Positions 49,348 to 62,252 of a DNA stretch of 64,000 bases are shown here, in pieces (the first letter of the stretch is position 1; the number at the start of each line of letters is the position of its first letter). The stretch lies in NCBI RefSeq assembly GCF_036321535.1, contig NC_087437.1, positions 111,540,001 through 111,604,000 of the forward strand, in the 5' to 3' direction. Origin of the DNA: Camelus dromedarius (Eukaryota). Position numbers and translations under genes: made by a program. The notes beneath the pieces are model-generated. The model was not told where the DNA came from. It did no database searches and saw nothing but the letters and a program-made list of their open reading frames with translations.

Positions 49348-50831
49348 CTGAAACACAGTGACAAAGCCCGGACTTCACCCACGGCCCCAGCCAGCTAAGA
49401 GCAGGCAGCGGCAGGACGAAGAGCAGAAGACAACTTTCCTAAGCCGGTGCATCCTCAAGCCCATGTTTCCATGCCTCTCTTAGGGGTGCACGAGGCACCC
49501 GAGCCCAGTCAGAGCCGTTACCCAACTGTAATGCACCTCCTCCCCTGGATGACCACAAGGGCTGAACTGTGACTTGGTCAGTGCCCCACCCAGACCAGCA
49601 GGTATCTGATAAATGGAGCCCAAATGAATTTGCTGTGCAGCAAAACTGCTCTCCACCATCACTCATTCAAGGCTCCAGCCATGCAGAAACACCAACATGG
49701 GATTAAGATCAGTCATCTCCTGGTTTCTCCCCAGCAGGCCTACCAGCCTAAATAGATCTGGTGGAGGGTTGTGGGTATCACCTGGCAACTTGGACAGGGC
49801 GGCCTCGGCTTAGGAGACCCCGTGGCTGGGGAAGACGGGTAGGAGTTAAACTGCTATGAATGCCCACTATCCAGAACTGAAGCTCATCCTGCATCCACTT
49901 TCAGAAGAAGACTGGGCTGCGAGCGACCCCCACCGAGTGACCCCCACCGAGTGACCCTCCCCAGGAACTAGCTCTGACCCTGAGACTAGTTTAAACCACT
50001 GAGCAGAAAAGGGCTGAGAGCCCTTGCTGGATCAGAACGACTTGATGCAGCCTCACTGAACATGACACCTAGCCCACGAGGTCACCCCAGCTCCAGGGAT
50101 GGGAATAACCATCCTTTCCTCGTTTACTCTCGAGGGAAGGAAAGAGAAGCATATCACACTTTCCAATTGAGCTTCGTCAAATAAAAACAGAAAAGCGCAC
50201 ATTAGGAGCACGCTGACAGACGACGTTAAGGTGGTCCTGCCCCAGCAACACCCCCGGAGCCCCCATGGAGATCAAAGGAGGGAGGCGTGCACTGCACTGT
50301 GAAATGCGGGGCATGCCTGCCTCCTGGACCCAGTACAACAGGTCAGATGGCAAGTGGTGGGAAAGGTTCGGCCTGGCCCCAACTGAAGAGCCTGCCTCAC
50401 AAGACTAACAGCAGAGAGGAGGGCTCACGCCTCTCCGCGCAGTGCACTCACTGTGTGTGTTTACAACCGAGGGCCCCATCCACTGCCCGGCCTTTACTCC
50501 ACTCAGGCTGCAACTCTTTAAAAGGAAAACACGCAGGCCGAGTTCTCGAGATGCTCACAGTACACAGTGGGAGGGAGAAGTGCTCGCAGGAGGGCAAGTG
50601 TGAGCGGAGAGAAGTGCCTGCAAATACGGATGCCCAAAGGCAACCGTGCTTATCTCGGGGTGGGGAGTCACAGGTGGTTTTCAGTGTCTCCTCTAGAGTT
50701 CTCTGCATCTCCCTATTTTCCTGCAACGAACATGCATTTGTTTTTAACCAGGATGGAGGGAAAGCCTGTGTCTGTGACCTTGCAGGAAAAGGCCACCAGG
50801 AAGGAGACCTGGAGAAGAAGGGTGGCCCTAC

Positions 50832-51011
50832 CTTGTCATTGGCCAACTCCAGCAAGGCCATGGACTCCATGTCCAAAAAGAGGTCGGACTCGGCCTGGGC
50901 CGCCTGGCACTTCTGCTGGTTCTGGGCGTCCAGCTGCTCACAGTGGACAACCAGGCGCCTGAGGAGATCCAGGAGGAACTGCAGCAGGGGAGGCCCTGTG
51001 CTTTTGCCCAG
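50832..51011 (-). CDS. URB1: URB1 exon (LGKSTGPPLLQF...LELANDK)
   Basis: 180 nt, phase 0-0. Confidence 0.95.
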
Positions 51012-51672
51012 CTGTGAGGACGAGACGGAAGAGCTGACAGTCACCAGAACAGTGATAGCAGGTTCCTCGGGGCCAGAAGGTGCCAGAAACGAGAATCAAG
51101 GAGGGAGATAGGCTGAAGTGGCCACTCCCCATAAATGCCAACAACCTCAAAGTCATTTCTTAATAAGACATGTCCTCTTGATGAAACACACAGGTGTATT
51201 TTGACCAAAATGAGGAAAAGGGAAAAAGGCCCACCTGAAGACCTAAACTAAAATTCTGTAAACCACACCAGGGACAGAAGACTCAGCAATGAACTTCTGA
51301 ATTAAAACTTGCAGGAGAGAGGGGAAGGGCCCCATCCTGACTCGGCTGCCCCAGTGACAGAGTTCGGCCGCACCTGACTCCCAGTCTGAGGTCCGCCGGG
51401 TCTGCACCTAAGGCCTGGAGAAAGCAGGTGCACAGCCTGCTTCTGCTTCAGGAAGGAAGGGCGCTGGACCAGCAGAGTGGCCAAGCCCCTACACTGCAGG
51501 CCTGCCCGGGGACCCACGCAGCAGGCCACCGCCCTCCCCACATGTGGAACAAATGGGGTGACAATGGGGTCCCTGGACTCCATCAACACCGCCGCTTGCA
51601 AGAGGCCATGTTCTCTGTAGGCAGGGACAGGGGAGCACGTGGGGGCCGCAGGGGAGCGGGGGCAGCGCTGAC

Positions 51673-51903
51673 CTGGCCGAAGTTCTCCACGGTGCTCCCG
51701 ACGTAGAGCAGTAGGTGTTTGGCCGAGCGCAGGGCCTGGTGCATTGGGAGGCGCAGGAGGGCGGCCTGCAGCTGCGCCTGAACCACCTCGTCCAGGAGCT
51801 GGAGCGGGCCCGATTCCTCACCCATGTAGGCCGCCTGCAGCAGGGCGGCAAAGGAGGGGTCCGGGGGGCCTGGCGGGGCAGGGCTGCCAGACGTCTGCAG
51901 CGG
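51673..51903 (-). CDS. URB1: URB1 exon (PLQTSGSP...STVENFGQ)
   Basis: 231 nt, phase 0-0. A second in-frame CAG acceptor lies 9 nt downstream (exon end 51894). Confidence 0.88.
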
Positions 51904-52229
51904 CTGGGGGAGACAGCAGAGGCCGAGAAGAGGAAAAACAGATCAGCAGAGAGGGCAAAGGGGCCCAGTGCACTGAAACAGGGACGGGCGACACACAGAG
52001 GCCTAGTTCACAGAAACCTCCTACTGATGCTGAAAAATATGTGACCCTGCGGCATTTTATTCAAGTCCCAACATTTTCAGTGACACACATTTTCCTAGTG
52101 TGTGTTCACGTGAGGGCACTGAATCGGGGAGGTTTCCACACACCGCTGCAGCCCGCAGGGAGAGACCTCTGGGTTTTCCAGGGAAAGAAAGGCCTGGTTT
52201 TCCCAGAAGCGGTGGCTGCCCCAGCTCAC

Positions 52230-52423
52230 CAAGGCCTCTCGGGCCGGCTCTGGGATCCAGCGGCTGTAATATCGGCTGAACCAGGACAGCTGGCGGCAGC
52301 AAGGTGGGACTGGAGGCTCCAATCTGTCGTAAGACTGAAGCAGAAGACACAGAGCCAGCGGGTCTCTCTGGGTGTGGAGGAGATCCGTCAGCACCCCCGT
52401 CAGATACGCCACGATGCTGTCTC
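52230..52423 (-). CDS. URB1: URB1 exon (GDSIVAYLTGVLTDLLHTQRDP...PAREAL)
   Basis: 194 nt, phase 1-0. Confidence 0.94.
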
Positions 52424-53442
52424 CTGCAGGGGAGGGAGGCATGGCGGGGAGATGCTTGCTGGGACCGCCCTTCTGTGATCCATCAGTAACAACTCCCACA
52501 TACATTCCAGACCCAGAAAAACCCCCAACAACTAACTCCACAAGGGATCACATAACCACACCGAAAGGCAGGTCTGACCACTGTAGACCATACCAGGCTT
52601 CATTTTATTAAACATACAGCACACAGTCAGACTTCAGATGCTGAGGCCCATAAGTAGAGACCCAGGTATAGAAGAGGTGAGGCCAAAGCCACCCAGGACT
52701 GCAACCTGCTTAGTGCCAACCAATCTATTTCCTCTTCCTTGGAACACAAGCAGTCACGCTGGGACCACAGGACTGGTTTAGCAACTCCCAGGCCCGGACA
52801 GAACACCCTGCTTGACTGTCCACTATCAACCCTTCCACAGTGACCCTCGAGCCATATGTTGAGATGGCACAGCTACAAGACACGAGCAGCCTGGATCTCT
52901 GAGCTACCTTCTGGAGGACAGCCACCCAGGAGAGCAACCTAACCTGTCCGGAACTCCGACAAGATCAAGAAAGAGACCTTTACTTATTAAACCCCCAATG
53001 TTTTGGGGCTTATCTGTTACTGCAGCAAAGCCTGAGCAATCCTGACTAATTACACCACTGTGATCTGTGAGTGCTTCCTTGGGTCTGCGTTGCTTGGATA
53101 CCCAGTAAGGATGAAGGACTCATACCTTAGCATTAAGACATCAAGAATAAATACTGAAGAGAAAACATCAGTGTTACAGCAGGTATCTGTGCAGCCACGC
53201 AAACACAGTATTTCAGACTCATCTGTCAAATGACCCACTTCCCAACAGCCTGGCCTGCCTCTAGATTCCTACCCCTAAACACTTAGTTCCACCAGCTGTG
53301 TAGCCATCACTTGGGTGAGTCTGAACCCTTGATACCTTGGTTTTCCAGCAATTATTTCCAGAGCCCCTGGAATCCCACCTCCTACCCCACAGAGACCCTG
53401 CTGGCCTGATGCACCCAGCACATCCTGACTGAACACAGGTAC

Positions 53443-53613
53443 CTGCTTCATTTTCTGTCCCCAGGAGCAACTTATTCCTGGCCTCCAGGGCTGCAGGGAC
53501 CACAGCACTGAACGGGAACGTGAGCAGGATCATGTCTTCACTCAGTGAGAATCCAATTTCCTCGTCCAAGCCTTCGCTGCCCTCCACCAGGACGTCCACC
53601 ATGTCGAGAACAT
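53443..53613 (-). CDS. URB1: URB1 exon (DVLDMVDVLVEG...FPFSAVVPAALEARNKLLLGTENEA)
   Basis: 171 nt, phase 1-1. Confidence 0.95.
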
Positions 53614-53662
53614 CTGAGACAGAAAGGGGGGATCCAGCCAAGGAAAAAGCTGCCCAGGGACC

Positions 53663-53730
53663 CCCATGAGCAAGAAGGACCCCCAGAGAAGGATGAGCAA
53701 GAAGGAACCCCAGGAAAGGATGAGCAAGAG
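53663..53730. repeat. 27-bp minisatellite, about 2.5 copies (GATGAGCAAGAAGGA.CCCCAG.GAAG)
   Basis: Direct tandem repeat seen about 50 nt upstream of a URB1 acceptor. Confidence 0.8.
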
Positions 53731-53969
53731 AATACTTGTCCAAAGAGGAAAAAATAAAAGCTAAACTTCCCTTGGGGGAAAATGCTTAATGTAATGTTTG
53801 ATTCTAAACAGATAAGAGCATGGCCTATAAAATCATATTCTTTGCCAAACAAAATGCAGGTTTATCCAGTTCAGGTGATAACAGGCTGAAGTTTCCTCAG
53901 ATGACACTGAGAAGCCCAGGAACTTTAACCTGGATATTCAAGGGAATGAGCCAAAATCTGAGAAGCAGA

Positions 53970-54195
53970 AGAGCATAAGGGTTAATGTGCAGACTAGGAC
54001 CAGAGCGTCTGGAGTCAAATCCTGACTTCACTACATACTAGCTGTGTGAGGTTGAGCAGATTGCTTAACCTCTCTGTGCCTCAGCTGCCTTGTTGACATA
54101 TAAAATGAGGACATACCCCCCACTTAGGGTTGTTTATGAGGTCACATGAGTTAAGATTTGTAGGGCTTAGACCAGCACCCAGAGCAAGGTCAAAC
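53970..54195 (+). mobile_element. MIR SINE
   Basis: CAAATCCTGACTTCACT..TACTAGCTGTGTG...CTTAACCTCTCTGTGCCTCAG core. Confidence 0.75.
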
Positions 54196-54410
54196 ACTAG
54201 ACAAATAAAAACCCAGCCAACAAGCCCAGCACACACTTCCTGTTACATAAACAAATAAGGTTTTCGTTTCCAGGGGAAGCTGATCTCTGACACAAAGAAA
54301 TGGGATGTCTGCACTCTGCACAAGGCTTCAGCGTGATTCTTGTTTTGTCTCTAATATGCCACCTTGGCTGGCTCTTCAGAAGCCAAGGAGGGGCAGGGAG
54401 TGGCACCCAC

Positions 54411-54549
54411 CGTCAATGTGGGAGACGGGAATGCTGACATCATCGGCGTCCTGCTTCGTCATGGTGGCCTGCAGGGTGCTGGCTTCCTGCACAAAGTCGG
54501 AAGCCTTGTCTGTGTATGAATAGGGATTCGCCACCAGCGTCAGGAGAAC
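54411..54549 (-). CDS. URB1: URB1 exon (VLLTLVANPYSYTDKASDFVQEA...VSHID)
   Basis: 139 nt, phase 0-1. Read manually. Confidence 0.93.
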
Positions 54550-55011
54550 CTGAGCATTAAAGAGCCAAGTGGGAAATACTTGGATAGTTGCACGTGAAAT
54601 GAAAAATGCCCTACAATGTCACTGGTAAAATAAAGGGAAGAGCTAAAATCTTAACAGGCCTGCATAAGTACAATACTTCTTCTGCAAAGTCTTTTTTTTT
54701 TAACGTTTTGTCGTAGAATTTATAAAAATACCTTTTTCATTTAAACCACTGCTTTTAATTCCACTTTTAGCATATCACTATTCCTGCCTGCAAAGACAAA
54801 TTCCCAAAAGGGAATTAAACAGCACACAGTAATATATTCCCATTTTACAGATTCTAAAACTAAGTAGGTTCTGACATCTCAGCAAAAATTAGGAAGTGAG
54901 CCAGAAAGAGAGGCCTTTTGGCTCCGGTGCATGAAAAATGCCTTAGTTATACTGCGGATCACTTAGTACGCTGTCCTGAACGTGCTCCTTTATAGGGAAA
55001 TACGCGCTTAC

Positions 55012-55128
55012 ACGTTCCAAAAATTGAATCACGGCTTCTTTTCTCTCCTCTGCGGTGTCATCTAAGTGCTCCAGCCACAGCTCCAGCTCCTTCCAGGTGT
55101 GTTCAAACACCCCCGTGTCCCGCAGGAT
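55012..55128 (-). CDS. URB1: URB1 exon (ILRDTGVFEHTWKELELWL...IQFLER)
   Basis: 117 nt, phase 0-0. Confidence 0.95.
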
Positions 55129-56601
55129 CTGTCGGGAGGCAGACACCGGTGAAAAGTGAGTGTGGAACCTGCCTTCTGGGGGAGCCGCAGCACAACGCAG
55201 AGACCCCAGGGGCTCAGAGGGGCGCGAAGTTCCAACCAATTTTAAAGCTCGGCTTCAAAACCACACTGCCATGGCCGAGAACACAAGGAAAAGCGGTCAC
55301 TCGGGGCTCGATCAAGGAGAACAGAATCCCTTGTTCTGCAGCCGCTGATCCCTTTCCTTCCACTTCCCTAAATAATAAAAAGGGAAAGAATCCAGCTGCT
55401 GCTTAGAAGTCTGATTTCCACAAAGACCCAGGTAAATGTGCATGACTCACTCCTCATAGCTACTCAATCCCCGGCCAGTGTGAAAGTGTCTGAGACAGGG
55501 AACAGGTCACGTTGCACCATCTCAACGTGGCCCCTCAGGACTCCAGCCTCGGGCAAGAAGCACCGCCATCTCTAGAGGAACAGGACTTGTTACGAGGCTG
55601 GACCTGCACTGGCAGGGGTGGTTAAGTGACACCCCCAAATGGCCTGATGACAGAACTCGGGGTCCAAGCAGCCCCATGGCATGAGCCCCGCACCGAGCGC
55701 ACCGAGGGGAAGCCGACCGTGCCACTCCACCCCCATGTAGCACGTGACCACGAAGCCCGGCTGGGGTCAAGTTCACACCCACAACCTGTAAGGAAACGGC
55801 AACTCAGAGAGGTCAAGACCGAGACGTTCACATCCTCCACACAGGTCAGGTGAGGCTAAAGGGTAGCAAGATTATCAGCACCTCAAAGAGAGGTAAAATG
55901 TCTGCACCTTAAAACCGGTGAATGTGATTTCTGCAGCATCCCCAAGGTGCCTGCTGCACAGCAGACCAAGGAACTGGATTTCCTGCTGCTGCAGCAAGAA
56001 CTGACGCAGCCCTGGAACGAGTTCAAGAGCAAGAAGGAAGCGAAGCCAACAGTCAAGGTCCTCGTTCCCTCCTGCTGACTTCAGTGGCACCCGTGCGGTG
56101 GGTGATGGGCAAGGTCAAGAGGCCGACGCCTGGAGAAGGCTGAGTCTGGGGCCGAGGGAAGGGGCGCCGCCTATCAGAACAGCTCCCCGAGGGCCGAAAT
56201 CTGCTTACTGAGCCCCGAATGCGCCAGGCGTGGCCTACTACTTGATCACGTGTAATCTCCTCTGTAATCCTGCGGCTTTATTGTTCCCACTGACCACGAG
56301 AAAACTAAACTCAGAGAGGCCAAGCAACTTGTTCAGTGCCACCCAGAAGTGGCAGAACCAGGACTCAAACTTAGGGACAGGACTTCAACGGGCATGCTTT
56401 TCCCATTTCACCAGGCTGCCTCTGGGAACACAGCCAGGTTAAGACAGAAAAAGTAATAATTACCATAAAACCTTCTATTTTTAAATTGTAACAGTCCTAA
56501 TCCATCCCTGAATTCAACAACTGGTGACTGACTAAGCACCCACTATAAGGAAGACTGTGCCAAACGCTTCTCAGAACAAGGAACTGGAAGAAAGTGCTCA
56601 C

Positions 56602-56721
56602 CTTCACGATCAGGAGTTTGGTCGATGACTTGAGTTGTGAATGGCTACTGGTCACAAACATTTTCATCAGTAAGTAAAACACGGATCGTTTTCCTCCAAT
56701 AATTTCTGCATCTGGGCCTTC
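56602..56721 (-). CDS. URB1: URB1 exon (EGPDAEIIGGKRSVFYLLMKMF...LLIVK)
   Basis: 120 nt, phase 0-0. Confidence 0.93.
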
Positions 56722-58565
56722 CTGGAGTTTGAATGATAGGATATTTATTATAAATGTAACAGAGGCCGTTGTTTGGTGAGCAAACAGGTCCTGCAGGCCC
56801 GGTATCCTTCCCAGCCTCCTGTCTCATCTCATTTTAACCACAACTCAGCAAGGCTGCCAGGATTTTACTGAGGAACCCCAGAAGTTAGGGAGCCCACCCA
56901 GCACCCCGACAGCAGCTGGAGTGATAACAGAGTACCAGCAGGAAGCACAGGCCTCCTCAGGTGCTTCTCACACATTTTCTCTATCTTCCCAACCAGCCTG
57001 AGGGGGGCGCTGTTACCCCATTTCACACGTGTGGACGCTGAGGCACAAGGAGGCAACAGGCTGTTCAACAGCTGAGGTGGGACTCAAGCCGCAGGAGTCC
57101 TGGTGCAGACGGGGCCAGGCTGGTGGCTGTGGGGAAACAGACCACCCCAGGGTGGCCTGACTCCGTCAAACACAGCACTCGCCACATTTCAGCAGGAGGC
57201 CGCTGCTGATATAATCAGTCCCTTATACGTAATTAAGCCTCTTAACAAAGGCTTCTGGGCTTAGAATGTGTGAAGCTCCAGATTCCCAGCCCAGACCCCG
57301 CTGTGTCTGTGTCTCCCCAAAGCCCTGACCCCAACATGTGAAGGGCTGGCGTTCACAAAGCCAGCAGACCCATCTTATAAGCAGAAGGTGAGACAAGGGG
57401 TATCAATTAATATTTTAACAGCAGTTCTTTCAAAGTAAGAGGCCTCTGTTCATTCTCCAACCAAATCATCAAGGTCCCAATGGCTCAGTTCAGCTGGAGT
57501 GACACACCAAACACCTCAGACTCGTCATCTCTCTGGGATCCTGGGAGCGACCTCACGGGATATGTAAAGGGTGAGAGCAGGGCCCTGGGTAACACAGCCT
57601 GGGTCCAATCCTGGACCCTCCACTTGTGGCTGGGACCCTGCAGACGCCTTCTAACCACTCTCCCCTCCAGCTGTCTCACCCTTACGTGTTGGTAAATGAG
57701 ATGGCACTTAGCACACTTGTGTTAAACCTGGTGCGCAGTTAAGTTCTTGATGAGAATTATCTGCAACTACGATGTAGGTGAACCTTAGAGGGAGGACTCA
57801 CGTGGCACACAGATCCCAGTGCCACAGCATGCTTGTATGTTTCTGGAAACACCACCTGCAAAAGTGCCAACGTACATCTCCACACTGCTGGTTTCATACA
57901 AGATCTCACATATGCTTCAAGTCATGAAAATAAGCCATCTGAGCTACGGAGAAACACGCTTAGACAACATGGTTTTGCCTGGTCATTTTCCCTCTTTGGA
58001 CAGAAGTAATGTGGCATCCTGTGTTTAAATACACAGGTAAATACTTGTCTCATCATGAGTTCCCTTTATGATTAAGCATTATGTTCTCCAGAAAGTCCTA
58101 GAAGACATTATCAGAAACATAGAAAACGATGCCAGCAACTTTAACTAATTTTTCCACCAGCCTTGACCCTCTCCTGGGTTGATGTCTATTCCCCTCTCTG
58201 TCTTAAATTCTCCAAGGATGAGGACAAAGAAAAAGGAATGTAGTTTGTTTATTTTCAAAAAGGTTGAAAAAGGATAAGAATAACTTAAAATAATCAAGAT
58301 TAAAAAAAAATTAAAACCCCCAATAACCAGCAATAATGTATTTTCAGTAGGGACAGTTAAGTACCATACTTTGCAAAAGCAAAGAGATTCCTGGCTCATA
58401 AATCAGGACCTGGCCTCTGCTCTAAAGGCTCCTCTCTAAAAGGAGAACTGTTAATGTCTTCCTTCATAACTGTCAGGGTTCTAATCCAGTTAGGAACTCC
58501 CGGGCCCAGAAGCTGACAAGCCAGCAGGGTGGTTAATGACAGAAGGCGGCATCTCGGCCTCCTAC

Positions 58566-58678
58566 CTGTGCCTTTAGCCACAGAAACTTGCTGGCAGGCA
58601 GTTCCAGGGCCACCTTCAGAATGTGGTGCTGCAGGATTGGAGGCACCTCCTCTCGAAGGCCCTCCTCTGAGATGACCC
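58566..58678 (-). CDS. URB1: URB1 exon (GVISEEGLREEVPPILQHH...FLWLKAQ)
   Basis: 113 nt, phase 1-0. Read manually. Confidence 0.92.
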
Positions 58679-59833
58679 CTGGGGGCAAGAAAGAGGAAAA
58701 CAGATAAGAAGTTACGAGGAGGCAGCCCAGCTACTGCTGCCCCTGCCACAAGGTCTGAACAAGAAACTGTCTGTGGAAATAGGCAGGAAGGACACGGAGT
58801 TCAGTCCACCCTTGACCTGTGGTCCCTGGTCACGAGCTGTGCCCGCTCTTCTGCCCACCCATCTTACCCGACACATCCTCCCCTCCCAAGATCTGTCCAA
58901 ATCCTTCAACAGAGAGCTGGGATTGCACTTGCCCAAGGAAGCCTGGCCTGCACTCGGCCCACCCTGACCCCTCACCACATGCTGCCCTCCAGGTACCGCC
59001 CCTCATTACTGTTGTCCCCGGGAGGGGGTGCAGACCTTGTTCCCAGACTGCAGGCACTTGGTGGGCGGCTGTGGCCACCCAAGCCCAAGACTGGGTCCTT
59101 AGCCTCTGGCCTGATTTCCAGGCTTCTCCTTTGCTTGGGAAGGACACAGAACTAAATATTAAATGGCCACATTCTAGTAGATTTCATATTCTCAGAGCAA
59201 GAGAACTTTTTGCCTCCAAACAATCAAAAAGTTAATTATATCTTTTGAATAGGATTATTTCAATGGCTTACATAAGTCCCAAGAATGATATTTCTGCAAG
59301 TCTTCCTCCGTAGGCCCAATTATAAAGTCAATTTTATTAGACAAATTTTTCCATCAAGGAAACATGGCCAGACAAGCATAATGTTACTTTTACAAGATGT
59401 GGTTTGCACTTGACTCACTGGGTGAAATATGAGCAACTACGTCAGAAGAGCCTCTGTGTGAACACGACATCCTTCCAAGAGCCTCTCACTCTGCACCCCT
59501 CTGCACCCTCCTCCTTTAAAAAGAGGCTTTAGCATTTATGTCACAAAATCTTATTTGTTGATCCCCTATGGCAGGCAACTCAGCTGGCTGGCTTCTCCCT
59601 TCTCTCCTCATGCTGTTCAGTGATCATCAGATTACTTCCTTAAGGAAGACAGGCTACTTAATGCTGGGAAACAAGCTGCTGGAAAACAAGCAACTAGAAA
59701 ATAAGACACACCTAAATTTCCATGAGCCTAAAATATTACATTCACACTTACTTGCTCAAAATGCACATGCTTGCTTTGTTTTAACGTTTTACGCAGTAGA
59801 TGACCTATAACATGTATTATGCTAAAGAAAATA

Positions 59834-60332
59834 TGTAAGGAGAAATCCTGAGATTGACCATAAGGGCATGAAGGAGGGCAGATATTTCCTTAGGGTAAAA
59901 CAATGGAAGGTCCTGGAAAGCCAGATCATCCATTAACAGAACTTTGTTCTGGCATGAAAGCATGCTGTTTAACCGGAGGGAAGTATCTATCTCAAGATGT
60001 ACCGGAGGCAGTAACAGGAATAGACAGAAATTTCGCATACCCCGAGGAGGGTGATTGTTCCTGGAAGGGATGAGCCTGAAATTAATCAGTTAACCAGCAA
60101 GCAGAACTTAGTGCTTATGGCGTGGAATTTCTAAAGCCCCACCTCTTTGATCGCATTTTTTTCTGAGCTGTACCCTCCTAATAAATATGATGTCGACCAG
60201 GCTTTCGGGACACTTGATCCATGAGATCTTGAGTCCCCTGGTCCCATCTTGGCTCTTCACTTTGTCTCTTTGTTTCTTAAGTCTTGCGTCGCCCGTCCTC
60301 AGATATGGTCCTGAACTGCGCTGGACGCAGCA
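59834..60332 (+). mobile_element. Probable ERV1-like solo LTR, antisense to URB1
   Basis: About 500 bp, TG...CA ends, (A)TATAA/AATAAA-like core near 60178-60186, pyrimidine-rich U5 ending GCGCTGGACGCAGCA. No clear TSD. Confidence 0.55.
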
Positions 60333-60495
60333 ACTTAAGAACATCAGTCTGCTAGCGGGTCACACACGTCAGACAAACTGCCCGTCTGCCTTCCCAGTCC
60401 TTGGCTCCAGGGACTCTGCTCTGGTTTCCCCGCGTTTCCCTCACCCCCACTGTCGGGAACGGCAGAGGGGCGCCCACCAAACCCTGGAGTTGCAC

Positions 60496-60612
60496 CTTTC
60501 AGGAGCTTGCTGAAGTCAAAGTTATACTGCATGACCACATGCGGGACCACCTTCTGGTAGAGGCAGATGACCTGGAGCAGGACAGCTTTCAGAAGGATGG
60601 TTTCGGCATCAT
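60496..60612 (-). CDS. URB1: URB1 exon (DDAETILLKAVLLQVICLYQKVVPH...FDFSKLLK)
   Basis: 117 nt, phase 1-1. Confidence 0.94.
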
Positions 60613-61352
60613 CTGAACCAAAATAAAACTGCCGGAATTAGGAAACATGCGTTTTCTTTGCCACAATCAGCAATCAGTGGCAGCTGAGCCACCCATGACC
60701 CACCAGAGTCAGCTGCGTGCCGGACACTGGGGCTGCAGGCCGATCTCCACGGGACTACAGTTAAGGAGTTGACGTGGTGAAAAAGTCAAGACTGTTCAAA
60801 CAGGCTGGGTTTAACTCCCCATTTCACTGCTGTGACCTTGGACAGGTTAAAGCTACTCTGTCTCTCTATGCTTTAGTGTCCTCATCTGAACAATGGGGAC
60901 ACACAGCAGTGCCTACCCCCATAGGACTGCTGTAAAAATTAAGTAGGACAGAGACACAAGATAGAAAGCCCAGTGCCTTGCCAATGACAAGGTCGGAGCC
61001 AATACACCTTGTTACCAGAGGAGACCGCGTACCCCACCTCGATCTGTACCTCTCTCTGCAGAACCAGAGAGCCCTCCCTCCCACCTCCACCCTCCTTGAA
61101 AGGCCAGAGCACATGGCACCCATCATACAAGTTTCTAGAGAGACACAGTGCTTGCATAAAGCTTGGGCACACTCCTAACAGATGTTAAAATTCTATCACA
61201 ATGCCATGCCAAGCAAAAAAGGACACAAAATTCAACCACAGCCGGTGAGGCCCTCAAAAGTCCCTCTAGACAGGCCCCTCCGGACAAGAGTCGTCCCAGG
61301 CGGCCTGGGTCAGCCCCGTCTGCAAACCGCAGAGGCCGTGCAGAGCCCTCAC

Positions 61353-61482
61353 CGCTCTGGGGAGCTACGCAGGTGGCAGGGGTCCCACTGTCCCTTTTCT
61401 TTCCTTTCTCGTCGTCCTGTTTCGTTTCCTGCTTTCTAAATGACTGCCAGACCCAGACGATGGTGTTTAGGTCTGGTAAAAT
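61353..61482 (-). CDS. URB1: URB1 exon (ILPDLNTIVWVWQSFRKQE...VAPQS)
   Basis: 130 nt, phase 0-1. Read manually. Confidence 0.92.
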
Positions 61483-62081
61483 CTAAAAGGGAAAACAAAC
61501 AGAAAATCAGTCACGTTAAAAGGAAGAGAAACAAATGGACTGAACCTACGAACGAGGAGCACAGAACAGGGAGAAGGGCGGGCCAGTGGGGGCGTGAGAG
61601 AGGCCCAGGTCCTCTGGGAGCTCGGTTTGGGGTGTAATCCTAGAACTAACCACAGTAAGATTTGGTGAAAATACAAGGATTGATTATTAAAACAAATGCC
61701 TTAACATTTGTTTACCTGAGCAAGACACTGGGAACCAATAAACTCATCCTTATGACAGGCTACAGGGACCCTGGCCAGCAAGCCCTCGGCTCTTTCAGGG
61801 GAGCCAGCCAGTCTGCAGACAACCAGCCTCTCCTGCTCACCAGACTGAGCCCGGGGAGGAGGGAGCAGGCCACCCCATCACCGCGGCCCCAGCCCCGCGT
61901 GTGTGCAGCTGTAGGGGGAAGCAAGGGGCACAACAGCTCCTGATGAGACGGGGTCCCAGGAGCACCCCAACCCCTTCACCTCACTTTGCACCCACCCTCT
62001 GTGCCCCCAAGCACACCTTTCCCACCTGGTGTGCTGGGACCCCTGGAAGGAAAGCCCTGGAAGCCCGGCTTCCGTGCCCAC

Positions 62082-62252
62082 CTTGCTCAGGGCTTCTCTG
62101 AAGAGCTGCACGAAGTCCTCCATCATCGCGGCTGTGTACACTCCCGACTCCCAGGCCTCTTTATTCAAACAGTGGTCAATAGTTTTCAATGCTCTCTTCA
62201 AAATGACGGAAATGAGGGATAAAGCTGTGTGTTTCACTGCCTTGCTGTCCAA
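62082..62252 (-). CDS. URB1: URB1 exon, most 5' in this window (LDSKAVKHTALSL...FREALSK)
   Basis: 171 nt, phase 0-0. Upstream exons are outside the window. Confidence 0.94.

Noticed and set aside
49924..49957. Short tandem repeats (14-bp here; 11-bp at about 26062-26097; 17-bp at about 26675-26707) as an array-like system
   Set aside because: Only 2-3 copies with no spacers. These are ordinary slippage duplications; nothing CRISPR-like exists in this eukaryotic DNA.
50287..52478. Long + strand ORFs (274 aa, 244 aa, 116-187 aa elsewhere)
   Set aside because: Antisense shadows of GC-rich URB1 exons, or chance ORFs in GC-rich introns, with no recognisable domains.
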